Program-made: the position numbers and the translations under genes
Notes under the pieces: generated by a model
Told to the model about the DNA's origin: nothing
Database searches by the model: none
The model's input: the letters and a program-made list of their open reading frames with translations, nothing else
Shown: positions 1 to 7,990 of the stretch, piece by piece
Numbering within the stretch: position 1 is the first letter of the stretch
How the letters are laid out: every line of letters starts with the position of its first letter
IMG/VR virus record: IMGVR_UViG_3300006896_000005
Span: 1 to 28,194 of that record
DNA: 28,194 bases
Strand: one strand, 5' to 3'
DNA from: a virus
Taxonomy: Duplodnaviria > Caudoviricetes

Positions 1-74
1 AGGTAACACCAAATGTAACACCACGGGGACAAGGAAAGCAACAAAGGCAGTCACAGTCGGAACTCACAGAGTTA

Positions 75-99
75 GGTTCGATGTCCGTTGGGACCGCCA
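75..99 (+). other. att core: 3' fragment of a tRNA gene (Asp/Glu-type end)
   Basis: GGTTCGA(tgt)CCGTTGGGACCGCCA resembles a T-loop, 3' acceptor strand, G discriminator and CCA; no 5' half of a tRNA upstream; adjacent to a tyrosine integrase. Confidence 0.7.
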
Positions 100-126
100 A
101 CACACAAAAACGTAGCACAGCCAAAT

Positions 127-168
127 AGCGGGAAGCGTAGTTTTAGACTATGTTTCCCGCTCTTTTTT
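127..168 (+). terminator. Rho-independent terminator downstream of the att core
   Basis: 15-bp stem AGCGGGAAGCGTAGT (127-141) / ACTATGTTTCCCGCT (147-161) with 2 GU pairs, followed by CTTTTTT. Confidence 0.8.
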
Positions 169-191
169 GTTGTCTAGTGCAGGCTATGATA

Positions 192-200
192 TGGTATAAT
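192..200 (+). promoter_or_regulatory. Extended -10 promoter upstream of integrase
   Basis: TGgTATAAT at 192-200, about 95 bp upstream of the integrase GTG; SD AGGGAGG at 281-287. Confidence 0.5.
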
Positions 201-295
201 CTGACCACACAGGGTAACACCACCGGGTAACACCACGCTGTATTAACGAAAACGGGCAACACCGCCGGTGTGTTCCTTGAAGGGAGGAAACCGCT

Positions 296-1465
296 GTGGC
301 ACTGACAAAAATGGGCATTGATGCACTAAAACCAAAAGAGAAGAGATATACGGTGTCAGACGGGAACTGTCTCTATCTTGAGGTGCACTCCAACGGTAAC
401 AAGTTTTGGAGGTTGCGCTTTAAAGATAAGGGTCGGCTTTACAATGTCTCCCTTGGCAGATACCCTGACATGGGCGTTAAGGATGCCAGAATTAATGCCG
501 TAACAAAAAAGAATGAAATGTGCAATGTTATGCCTAAGAGTCAAAAGACCTTTAGGTATTATGCAGAACGCTGGCTTTCCATGCGTGTAGCCCCTACAAG
601 GGCCCTAACTACTAAAGAGACCATAGTTAGCCGACTTAACATACATATATACCCCCACGTGGGAGATAAGCCCATATCCGAAGTAACCCCTCAGGATATT
701 TTATCTTTAGCCAAAAAACTAGAGACCGCAGAGAAAACCGCAACGGCGAGAAGATGCGCCGGAATAATCGGGCAGGTGATACGGTTTGCTATTTCAGACG
801 GAGAGCAATTAGTCGATCCCTCGCCGTCTTTGTGGGGTAATCTTGTTCCTTATTCCCCGGTGCATTTTTCTTCTATTACAACAAAGAGGGAAGCCGGAGA
901 ACTTATGCGTAAGGTAGCGGAATATCCGAGTATGCTTACGCGCAACGCCCTTTTGTTTACAGCCTATACGTTTTGCCGCCAAGGCGAAATAAGATTCGCC
1001 ACATGGGATGAATTTGACTTGGAGGATAAAATATGGAGGCTTCCGCCCGAACGTATGAAAGCTAGGAAGACCCACCTCGTCCCCCTGTCTGACCAAGTGA
1101 TGGCTATTCTTAAAAAAATGAGCGTCATCACAGACGCTGATTCATATGTATTCCCCTCTCAAAGAGACTTCAGGAAACCTATGAGTGAGAACTGCTCTCT
1201 GCAAGCCGTAAGGAGAATGGGCTATACTAAGGAGCAAATGACCCCGCACGGCTTTAGAAGCCTAGCCTCTACCTTGTTAAACGAGTCGAGGCTTTGGTCG
1301 GTAGATGCAATCGAATTGCAATTGGCTCATACTGAAAATGATTCGGTAAGGAAGGCGTACAACTACGCACAACTCATGGACGAACGCATAGCTATGGTGC
1401 AGTGGTACGCCAACTTCTTGGACTCTCTCCGGGACGCATCGCGCGCGCGCGCGCGTTCTTTTTAA
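296..1465 (+). CDS. int: Tyrosine recombinase/integrase, P4-like with N-terminal arm-binding domain
   Basis: N-terminal DGNCLYLEV..G.KFWRLRF...SLGRYP arm domain; catalytic residues in FCRQGE, RMKARKTH, HGFR, QLAH and AYNY. Confidence 0.95.
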   Translation: MALTKMGIDALKPKEKRYTVSDGNCLYLEVHSNGNKFWRLRFKDKGRLYNVSLGRYPDMGVKDARINAVTKKNEMCNVMPKSQKTFRYYAERWLSMRVAPTRALTTKETIVSRLNIHIYPHVGDKPISEVTPQDILSLAKKLETAEKTATARRCAGIIGQVIRFAISDGEQLVDPSPSLWGNLVPYSPVHFSSITTKREAGELMRKVAEYPSMLTRNALLFTAYTFCRQGEIRFATWDEFDLEDKIWRLPPERMKARKTHLVPLSDQVMAILKKMSVITDADSYVFPSQRDFRKPMSENCSLQAVRRMGYTKEQMTPHGFRSLASTLLNESRLWSVDAIELQLAHTENDSVRKAYNYAQLMDERIAMVQWYANFLDSLRDASRARARSF

Positions 1466-2163
1466 TAAAACCCAGTGTCCCGCTTTGGGGTCGGCAATAA
1501 TGCCTTAATGACCCCCTGTACCGTTATCTCGGCAACATTGACTTCTATTGGGGCATACGCCTTATTCATTGCCTTCAACAGCACGGTTCCCCTGTCGGGC
1601 TGGGGAAAATACCCCTTTATGTGTGGTTTGTTATTATAAATAACAACAGCATTATCCCCATTTTCAGCACACATAGTCTGGGCATAAAGGAGGGCCTCCC
1701 CTTCTCTGTATCGGGGCTCCATTGAGTCTCCTCCCATCCTGATTATCCTCAGGATCTTTTCATCAATCCCTGTTATAAAATCTTTAATGTAATGCTTAGG
1801 CACTGACAAATAAGATTCTATTGCCAAAACCTTATAGGGCTTAATGCCGCCTTCTCCCGTGACGTCTATGACGCCCCTTCCCACAATCGGAAGGTTAATA
1901 GTATCTCCATCTGATTTCCTGCCTATTAACATAAATTCATCGCTGTACTCATTTAATAATCCAGAGTATTCTATTTCTCCGATCAAATAACTTGAAGAAG
2001 TATTTAATAGCATAGCCAACTTCAGCAGGTTATCCTCCGTTACTCCTCTCTCTGATTTTTCCCAGCGATAAATTGCGTTAATAGATACCCCAATTTTGTT
2101 AGCAAGGTCTTGCCTTGACCAACCCTTCTTTTTTCTTAATGCTTCGAGCCTGTCTCCTCTCAT
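1462..2163 (-). CDS. CI-like phage repressor (XRE HTH + S24 peptidase)
   Basis: N-terminal HTH (RLEALRKKKGWSRQDLANKIGVSINAIYRWE) and C-terminal GDSMEP S24 motif; ATG 2163 follows an SD-like AAGGGGTGA (track start 2172 also possible). Confidence 0.9.
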   Translation of the reverse strand: MRGDRLEALRKKKGWSRQDLANKIGVSINAIYRWEKSERGVTEDNLLKLAMLLNTSSSYLIGEIEYSGLLNEYSDEFMLIGRKSDGDTINLPIVGRGVIDVTGEGGIKPYKVLAIESYLSVPKHYIKDFITGIDEKILRIIRMGGDSMEPRYREGEALLYAQTMCAENGDNAVVIYNNKPHIKGYFPQPDRGTVLLKAMNKAYAPIEVNVAEITVQGVIKALLPTPKRDTGFY

Positions 2164-2440
2164 CTGTCTCACCCCTTTGTGTTATTAATACCCCCGAAAA
2201 TTCTCAAAGAGAACCACCGATCATAGCCTTATAACATATTACAGTAAATATTTCAAATAATAGGTCTGTAGACCCATTGTTGTATTGACTAGTCGGTGGT
2301 AGTATATCAACCGTAAGGTACATTTAAACACCTTACAGACAACAACAGCCACTAATATACGAACCTTGACAACCTAATAGAGGACTTCCATTTAAGGCAA
2401 CGGGTATACCATGGATATTATTTAAAAAGGAAGTGAGTCT

Positions 2441-2677
2441 ATGAGGAATAAGAAGAATTCCGATAAGCTGGAAAGCTGTATCGGAGTCTATCTTACCAAA
2501 GAACAGCGGGATTTTGTTGATAAGGTTTCGTCTTCCAGCGAACAGAGCAGGGCCAGTTATATAAGAGACCTTATTGAATATGAAAGAGAATCTGGGTCAA
2601 CTCCGATATTTTCCGGAGAGACCTTTGAGACACCTTGGGGGAGAGCTAAAAGATGGCTGACAGCACTGTTCTTTTAG
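2441..2677 (+). CDS. Ribbon-helix-helix (CopG/Arc-like) DNA-binding protein in the cro position
   Basis: IGVYLTKEQRDFVDKVS....SRASYIRDLIE fits the RHH pattern; first gene divergent from the repressor. Confidence 0.6.
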   Translation: MRNKKNSDKLESCIGVYLTKEQRDFVDKVSSSSEQSRASYIRDLIEYERESGSTPIFSGETFETPWGRAKRWLTALFF

Positions 2678-2952
2678 CAGTACCCAAAGAATATCTCGAC
2701 AGACTTGCCGGGCTTGCGGATGCCATCGAAGAAATGATAAGGGGGCAAGAAGGCAAAAAGCATTTAACTAATGCTGACCTTCGTAAAACGCTCACAATGT
2801 CGGACATTAAATCCATTTATGGCATCGGAAAAGATAAGTGGCGCAGTGGTGTTAAGGATGGAACATTCCCGGCGCCTATTGCCGGATTCGACAGGCCGAA
2901 GCGGTGGAATTCTATGGAGGTGGAGGACTCTCTGGGGAAGGAGGTGGCCTGA
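2653..2952 (+). CDS. AlpA/excisionase-like HTH protein
   Basis: LTMSDIKSIYGIG...VKDGTFPAPI....KRWNSMEVE matches the AlpA/Xis pattern. Confidence 0.7.
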   Translation: MADSTVLLAVPKEYLDRLAGLADAIEEMIRGQEGKKHLTNADLRKTLTMSDIKSIYGIGKDKWRSGVKDGTFPAPIAGFDRPKRWNSMEVEDSLGKEVA

Positions 2953-3509
2953 TGGACGAGATATTTAAACCGCATAGATATCGCCCCCATATGGCCCTAG
3001 ACCGAGTTAATGGCGTAGCACTTAAAAAAATGGCAGAGCGCAGGGGGCTCAGTATCGCAAAACTATCAGAACTTGCCTCTGTTCCACAAAGCACCATTGG
3101 TAACTATCTGTATGGACAACAGTTGCTGGCAGAAAGCAGAACAGTGAATAAACTGGCAGAGGCGCTGAAGTGTGACCCTATAGACATAATCCTTTGTCCG
3201 GGCGAAAGATCGCCCGTATACACGCTTAAGTCAAAGCCAGAAGCTACGGTTGACGATTTAATGCTCATGCCCAAGCCTGAGTTTGTAGTGGGAGATAAAT
3301 ACCACTTAAAGAGCAAGGGCGGCCAGTGCAAGGAGTTCGCTAACGGATATTTTAAGTTTATTGGAACGGCCCCTGCCGCCAACGGCAGGACACATTATAT
3401 GTTTCTTCACACTGCCGGGAAGTACCCCTTAACGCTGACAGAGATTGATTTTCTTTGTAAGGCGGTTGTGGCAGTAAACACAAAGGAACTGGCAGGTAAG
3501 GCCTCATGA
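2952..3509 (+). CDS. XRE-family HTH protein
   Basis: LKKMAERRGLSIAKLSELASVPQSTIGNYL...VNKLAEALKC; ATG 2952 overlaps the upstream TGA and follows SD AGGAGGTGG. Confidence 0.75.
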   Translation: MDEIFKPHRYRPHMALDRVNGVALKKMAERRGLSIAKLSELASVPQSTIGNYLYGQQLLAESRTVNKLAEALKCDPIDIILCPGERSPVYTLKSKPEATVDDLMLMPKPEFVVGDKYHLKSKGGQCKEFANGYFKFIGTAPAANGRTHYMFLHTAGKYPLTLTEIDFLCKAVVAVNTKELAGKAS

Positions 3510-4141
3510 TGGAGAAAAAAGTCAGTATGGCTGTAGTTATCGCTCTCTGTATAAACTCGTTCTCGGTAGGCTTTTGCCTCCGGGGGGTCATGTATCCACC
3601 AAGGATTACTACGCAAGAGATATGGCGAGAAGCGATTCCCATAGAGCGTATTGTTAAGGAACGCCCTATTCCAGAGATCAGGCACATACTGGAGGCCAAT
3701 CCAGCTATGAACCGTAACGAGGCCAGAGAACTTTATGAAACCATCGAGCGGGTAGTAGGGAGCTTTAAATCCGACCCCAACTATCAGGGCGGAGTGGCAC
3801 GCAAAGTAGATGCAAGGCTGATCCTCAGCCTGATTATCACAGAGAGTAATTGCAGAAAAAAGACGAGGGGAACGTCTGGCGAAATAGGGCTGACGCAGGT
3901 CATGCCATTTCACGCTAAAAATCTTCACAGGGCAGGGATACTTGACAAGCCCCAAAGCAAAGAGCTCTGGGATACAGAGAAAAACATTAGGGCAGGAGTT
4001 TTTATCCTGATGGCAAACGCGCTCAAAAGCAGTTCTATCAAAGAGGCACTGGCTAAATACAATGCCGGGCCCAAAAGGGTTAGGGTTGGAATGCCTTATG
4101 CCAAGAGAGTAATGGATCAATACGGCCAAATCAATGGCTAA
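3506..4141 (+). CDS. Lytic transglycosylase (SLT domain) with N-terminal hydrophobic anchor
   Basis: SLT motifs IITES (catalytic Glu), IGLTQVMP, NIRAG..L, ALAKYNAGP and YAKRV; hydrophobic residues ~6-25. Confidence 0.88.
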   Translation: MMEKKVSMAVVIALCINSFSVGFCLRGVMYPPRITTQEIWREAIPIERIVKERPIPEIRHILEANPAMNRNEARELYETIERVVGSFKSDPNYQGGVARKVDARLILSLIITESNCRKKTRGTSGEIGLTQVMPFHAKNLHRAGILDKPQSKELWDTEKNIRAGVFILMANALKSSSIKEALAKYNAGPKRVRVGMPYAKRVMDQYGQING

Positions 4142-4481
4142 AAACAAAGAAGGAGTGTTGCAGATGAAGAAGGTTGTAAGCGTGCAGTTTAACTACGAGG
4201 ACGGAGATTCCGTGAAGGTACTGGCCAAGACAGAAACAGAGGAGCAGGTATTCAGCGCTCTCAGACAGGCAGTTACGGGCAACAGGGAAAAGTGGGGCAA
4301 TATAAAAGCGGTTTCAATCGGAATCGAAAGGGAAAAACGCGACACAATCGCAATGGCGGGGCTCGGTATTGACATTATGAACGTGGTCGCGAAACAGTGC
4401 GAATCGGCCATAGAGAGCATGTCCCCAACTCTTAACGACAGAATTAAGAGGATTCAGTCGCTCATAGGAATATTAAATTAA
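4134..4481 (+). CDS. Hypothetical phage protein
   Basis: ORF continuing the operon; no recognised motif; start may be the internal ATG after an AAGGAG. Confidence 0.6.
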   Translation: MAKNKEGVLQMKKVVSVQFNYEDGDSVKVLAKTETEEQVFSALRQAVTGNREKWGNIKAVSIGIEREKRDTIAMAGLGIDIMNVVAKQCESAIESMSPTLNDRIKRIQSLIGILN

Positions 4482-4520
4482 CCCTTCCGCAATTAGCAGA
4501 AGGGCGCTGGGTTGGAAAAA

Positions 4521-4551
4521 GCGGGGAGCCGATTACTCCCCGCCTCATTTT
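4521..4551 (+). terminator. Intergenic hairpin, possible terminator
   Basis: GCGGGGAG (4521-4528) / CTCCCCGC (4536-4543), preceded by AAAAA and followed by CTCATTTT. Confidence 0.45.
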
Positions 4552-4569
4552 AGCAGAGGTGGTTGAAGA

Positions 4570-5490
4570 ATGATAGTAATTACAAGCACCGACAATATGC
4601 CAGATTCTGAATGGCTTGAACTGAGACGCAGGGGCATTGGGGGTTCTGATGCTTCAACCGCTATGGGGCTTAACCCTTGGAAGAGCCCCGTACAGCTCTA
4701 TCTAGAAAAAATAGGAGAGATAGAGCCAGAACAGCTCAACAGCGAGGCTGTTTACTGGGGCATAACCCTAGAGGCCGCCGTTGCAAACAGGTTTGCCGAG
4801 CTTAACCCTGATCTTGAGATACAGGAACCCAAACAGATGATTGCTCACGATGATTACCCTTGGATGGTAGCGAACTTAGACAGGGTAATCATAACACCAC
4901 GGGGCAACGGAGTTCTTGAAGTCAAGACGGCGAGCATGAGACAGGCTGACAAGTGGGAGGATGACAACATTCCTATTCACTATGTCATACAGGTACAGCA
5001 TTATTTGGCAGTTACTGGGTATGAGTTCGCCTACATTACATGTCTCATCGGAGGGCAGACCTTCGTTCAGAGATACATCGAGCGTGACGACGAGCTTATA
5101 GCTCAACTTATCCAGAAGGAATCAGAGTTCTGGCAGTGTACATTAAACAAGACCCCTCCCGCATGGGATGGCAGTGATGCAAGCTGGAAGATACTTCGCT
5201 CACTTTATCCAAAGGCAGAGCCCGGAAAGATAATAGAGCTTCCGACTGAGCTCATGGAGACAGTTAAAGAATACAAAGACCTGGAGCGGAGAAGTAAAGA
5301 GTATGAGTCTATAGCCAATGAAATAACACAGGCTAAGGATGCAAGAAAACAAAAAATCATAGAGGCTATGGCTGATGCGGAGGTAGGGGTAGTGGGGAAC
5401 TTTAAGATAAAGTACCCTCTGGTTGAAAGAAAGGAATATATGTCGCCAGCCACTACTTATAGACGCTTCTCACTCAAGGAAGTTGCATAA
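4570..5490 (+). CDS. YqaJ-like viral recombination exonuclease
   Basis: WLELRRRGIGGSDA, ANLDR, LEVKT and YVIQVQHYLAV motifs; directly upstream of recT. Confidence 0.93.
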   Translation: MIVITSTDNMPDSEWLELRRRGIGGSDASTAMGLNPWKSPVQLYLEKIGEIEPEQLNSEAVYWGITLEAAVANRFAELNPDLEIQEPKQMIAHDDYPWMVANLDRVIITPRGNGVLEVKTASMRQADKWEDDNIPIHYVIQVQHYLAVTGYEFAYITCLIGGQTFVQRYIERDDELIAQLIQKESEFWQCTLNKTPPAWDGSDASWKILRSLYPKAEPGKIIELPTELMETVKEYKDLERRSKEYESIANEITQAKDARKQKIIEAMADAEVGVVGNFKIKYPLVERKEYMSPATTYRRFSLKEVA

Positions 5491-5502
5491 GGGGGACTTG
5501 AC

Positions 5503-5842
5503 ATGACGGTTAATGATAAAGTTAAACAAGCTATGGCAACGACAACAGTAGGCGCCGCAAGAACTGCCAGTCCCATGGATTCCATGCTGGCACTATTGGC
5601 AAAGGATACCATGAAACAACAGTTCGCCATGGCACTTCCGGCGCACCTTAATAAAAACGCAGACAGATATATAAGATCATTCATGACACAGCTAAGACAA
5701 GTACCAAAACTCCTTGACTGTTCGCAATCCTCACTCCTAGGGGCAATGCTCACGGGTACAGCGCTAGGGCTAGATCCCACGCCATCACTTGGAGAGTTTT
5801 ATATCCTTCCTTATGGCAGAGAGGCGACGTTCCAGCTTGGGT
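5503..5842 (+). CDS. recT: RecT family recombinase, exon 1
   Basis: PKLLDCSQSSLLGA...LGLDP...GEFYILPYG..ATFQLG is the RecT N-terminal half; ends at the U of the group I 5' splice site. Confidence 0.92.
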
Positions 5843-6654
5843 AAACTTTTGCTCAAGTAAAACCGTGTGAACCCTATTACTCAGGGGTGTCTACAAAAGT
5901 AGGCTAACGGTGAAACCCTCCGATATTTATAGGGCAATACCGTGCTATTTACCGAACCTCCATTGACGGAGGTGGTGCCAATGATGGGAGTATATAGAAT
6001 CACAAATCGCATAACTGGAGATTTCTACATCGGGTCTAGTGTGGATATTAGGCACCGGATGGGACAGCATTTTAGCAAATATAAGGTGCGGCTCCACACG
6101 GAAAGATTCGATCAGGACTTGCAGAGATACGGCAAGGACGGATTCGACGTAGAGGTTATCGAGGAATGCGAGTTCGATGAACTCCGAGAGCGAGAAGAGT
6201 TTTATCTTTGCAAGTATCATCCACCATACAATCTAAGGTGGAAGGGGTACAAGCGCTCAGAAGAGACGAGGCGCAAGCTCAGCGAAAAACTGATAGGGCG
6301 CACCGTTCCAAGAGGGGTTGTCGAAAAGGCGCGGCTTGCAATACTTAAACGTCACGAAACAATTCCGCAGACCAATGCTGGGCATAAAAAGCGGGTCAGC
6401 GTGGACGGAGCGGAATTTGAAAGTGTAAAGGCTTGCGCAGAATACTTCGGTGTGAATCCTTCTACAGCTACACAAGCACTAAAGAAGGGACACAAATTAC
6501 TTGGGCATGAGGTTCGGTACGTAGTGTAGAGACTAGCCGTGATGAATGTAGCGGCGTAGAGCGGGGGACGAGTTGCCGCTCGAAGTGCATGGCAACCCTA
6601 CTGGGTTGAAGAGATAGTCCACCCCTCCGTGATGGTAAAACGGAGGATTAGGTG
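5843..6654 (+). ncRNA. Group I self-splicing intron (IA2-like), 812 nt, inside recT
   Basis: P1 CUUGGGU/GCUCAAG with U5842.G5851 wobble; P3 CCGUGU 5863-5868 / GCAUGG 6587-6592; P4 CGGUG/UACCG; P6a 5950-5960 / 6509-6519; P7 GACUA 6531-6535 / UAGUC 6615-6619 within GAAGAGAUAGUCC; P7.1 and P7.2; P8 CAACCC/GGGUUG; P9 CCUCCGU/ACGGAGG; terminal G6654; removal restores the reading frame. Confidence 0.93.
5981..6529 (+). CDS. Intron-encoded GIY-YIG homing endonuclease (NUMOD3-like repeat + C-terminal HTH)
   Basis: GVYRITNRITGDFYIGSS..I..R..QH GIY-YIG domain; SEETRRKLSE NUMOD3-like motif; FESVKACAEYFGV NUMOD1/IENR-like HTH; SD GGAGGT at 5968-5973; lies in the P6 loop. Confidence 0.92.
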   Translation: MMGVYRITNRITGDFYIGSSVDIRHRMGQHFSKYKVRLHTERFDQDLQRYGKDGFDVEVIEECEFDELREREEFYLCKYHPPYNLRWKGYKRSEETRRKLSEKLIGRTVPRGVVEKARLAILKRHETIPQTNAGHKKRVSVDGAEFESVKACAEYFGVNPSTATQALKKGHKLLGHEVRYVV

Positions 6655-7145
6655 ACAAAGGAATGTTGGCATTGGCTTACCGGGGCGGGGTAAAAAAGAT
6701 CTGGGCGCACGAGGTTTGCGAGAACGATGAGTTCGACCTTGCTTGGGGAGGGGAAGAGTTTCTTAAGCATAAACCCTGCCTTGATAACGAAAAGGGACGC
6801 GGGGAGGTTACTGGATACTACACTGCGGCCATCCTGCCTAATGGACAAACCACTTTCTTTTACATGACAAAAGCCGACGTAATAATACACGCCAAGAAGT
6901 TTAGTCCTTCTTGGAACAGGGGGCCTTGGCAGACAGACTTTAATGAAATGGCAAAGAAAACCTGCGCCAAACAGCTCTTTAAGTGGTTGCCAAAAAGCAC
7001 CGAGATGGCACATGCTATTGAAAGGGATGAATCTATCATCAAAGCAGAGCCTGCGCATGTTATCCAAGATCTCGAAGATGTCTTGGAGATGGAAGTAAGC
7101 TCTGTGGAAGAGATAGAATTGGCTGAAGCAGAACAGACGGCATAG
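6655..7145 (+). CDS. recT: RecT family recombinase, exon 2 (spliced product 276 aa)
   Basis: T5842+AC AAA GGA ATG gives Y-K-G-M, then LALAYRGG..V.ENDEF...GPWQTDFNEMAKKT..KQLFKWLPKS, the RecT C-terminal half. Confidence 0.92.
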
Positions 7146-7150
7146 TTGCT

Positions 7151-7990
7151 ATGGCTAAGTATAGGACTATTAAGGTAGATTACTGGGACGACCCTTATAC
7201 AGAGGAATTGCCCCCATGTGGGAAGTTGCTTTACATCTATCTAATAACTTCCTGTCCCAGTAATCTAGGAATACTTGAAATATCGTGCCGTAAAATTTGT
7301 TTTGAGACTGGGTTAAGCAAAGAAGAAACAACCGAGTTACTTTCTCTTCTAGAAAAGGATGGCAAAATAGTGAAGGACGGGGATTTTATACTCCTTACAA
7401 ATTTTGTCAAACACCAAACAAGCACGTCACCTCTGCTTATTAAGGGGCTGAAAAGCTCCTTGGCGGAGGTGGCGTCAACTAAAATAGCACTTGAACTTAA
7501 GACCAGATACCCCTTCTTAAGAAAAGAGGGGGAAGAGATACCCTATATATACCCTATACATACCCTATCTATACCATGTCTGGAATTGGAAGTTGAAAAG
7601 AAAGAAGAAGAGGAAGAAGGGGAAGGGGAAACCGAAGAAGATGCCCCCGTCTCAGCAAGTACGTTGATTGATCTGTGGAATAAATCAATGCCGCAGTATG
7701 GCTTTGCAAGGGCCATAAAAAGCACCCCAGACCGAAGGACTAAACTTAAAGCAAGGCAGAAATTTATGCCGGAGGCTAGGGATATCGACTTTTGGAAGAG
7801 GATTTACTATGTGATGGCTAATAGCCCCTTCTGTAGAGGAGAGCAAAGTCGTGGCGATCACAAAGACTGGAAGGCTGACTTTGATTTTCCCTTACTGTCT
7901 GACGACAGGCTGGCCAAAATAGTTGAAGGTAAGTATGACGGAGGTCGCGGAACAGAACAGTGGGTGCCAACAGATGGCAACGTTGCTTAA
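7151..7990 (+). CDS. Phage replication initiator/replisome organiser
   Basis: N-terminal YRTIKVDYWDDP...KLLYIYLIT wHTH-type region, acidic linker and C-terminal WKADFDF motif; upstream of the helicase; contains iterons. Confidence 0.75.
   Translation: MAKYRTIKVDYWDDPYTEELPPCGKLLYIYLITSCPSNLGILEISCRKICFETGLSKEETTELLSLLEKDGKIVKDGDFILLTNFVKHQTSTSPLLIKGLKSSLAEVASTKIALELKTRYPFLRKEGEEIPYIYPIHTLSIPCLELEVEKKEEEEEGEGETEEDAPVSASTLIDLWNKSMPQYGFARAIKSTPDRRTKLKARQKFMPEARDIDFWKRIYYVMANSPFCRGEQSRGDHKDWKADFDFPLLSDDRLAKIVEGKYDGGRGTEQWVPTDGNVA
7538..7575. repeat. Iteron-like tandem repeats (probable replication origin)
   Basis: ATACCCTAT at 7538, 7549 and 7560 plus ATACC at 7571 (11-bp period), followed by a purine-rich tract, inside the initiator gene. 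Confidence 0.65.

Larger units (their letters stand above)
3..264. repeat. Putative integrase arm-type binding sites (GTAACACCA direct repeats)
   Basis: GTAACACCA at 3-11, 15-23, 214-222 and 227-235 (two tandem pairs, 12-13 bp spacing), with a degenerate GCAACACCG at 256-264; the pairs lie on either side of the tRNA-like core. Confidence 0.75.

Noticed and set aside
25-99. Complete tRNA gene
   Set aside because: Only the T-loop/acceptor 3' end is tRNA-like; there is no complementary 5' acceptor strand, D arm or anticodon arm, and the T stem does not pair
3-264. CRISPR array or mini-array from the GTAACACCA repeats
   Set aside because: Repeats are only 9-13 bp, in tandem pairs with no spacer-length periodicity, and no cas genes are present; better explained as integrase arm sites
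3407-4147. 246-aa minus-strand ORF (and other antisense ORFs such as 6648-7067, 18700-19158 and 26024-26431)
   Set aside because: Shadows of well-supported genes on the opposite strand; no recognisable motifs
4523-4534. Shared GGGAGCCGATT between the hairpins at 4521 and 25947 as a boxB-like element
   Set aside because: Only 11 bp, in opposite orientation relative to transcription and with different loops; compatible with chance
5942-5980. GTG start of the endonuclease as given in the ORF track
   Set aside because: It lies in the intron P4/P6 core without an SD; ATG 5981/5984 follows a strong GGAGGT and puts the GIY motif at the N-terminus
5503-7145. recT pseudogene disrupted by a free-standing endonuclease, or an intein
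   Set aside because: Precise U/G splice boundaries, a full group I core and frame restoration indicate RNA splicing; the in-frame stop and separate ORF exclude an intein
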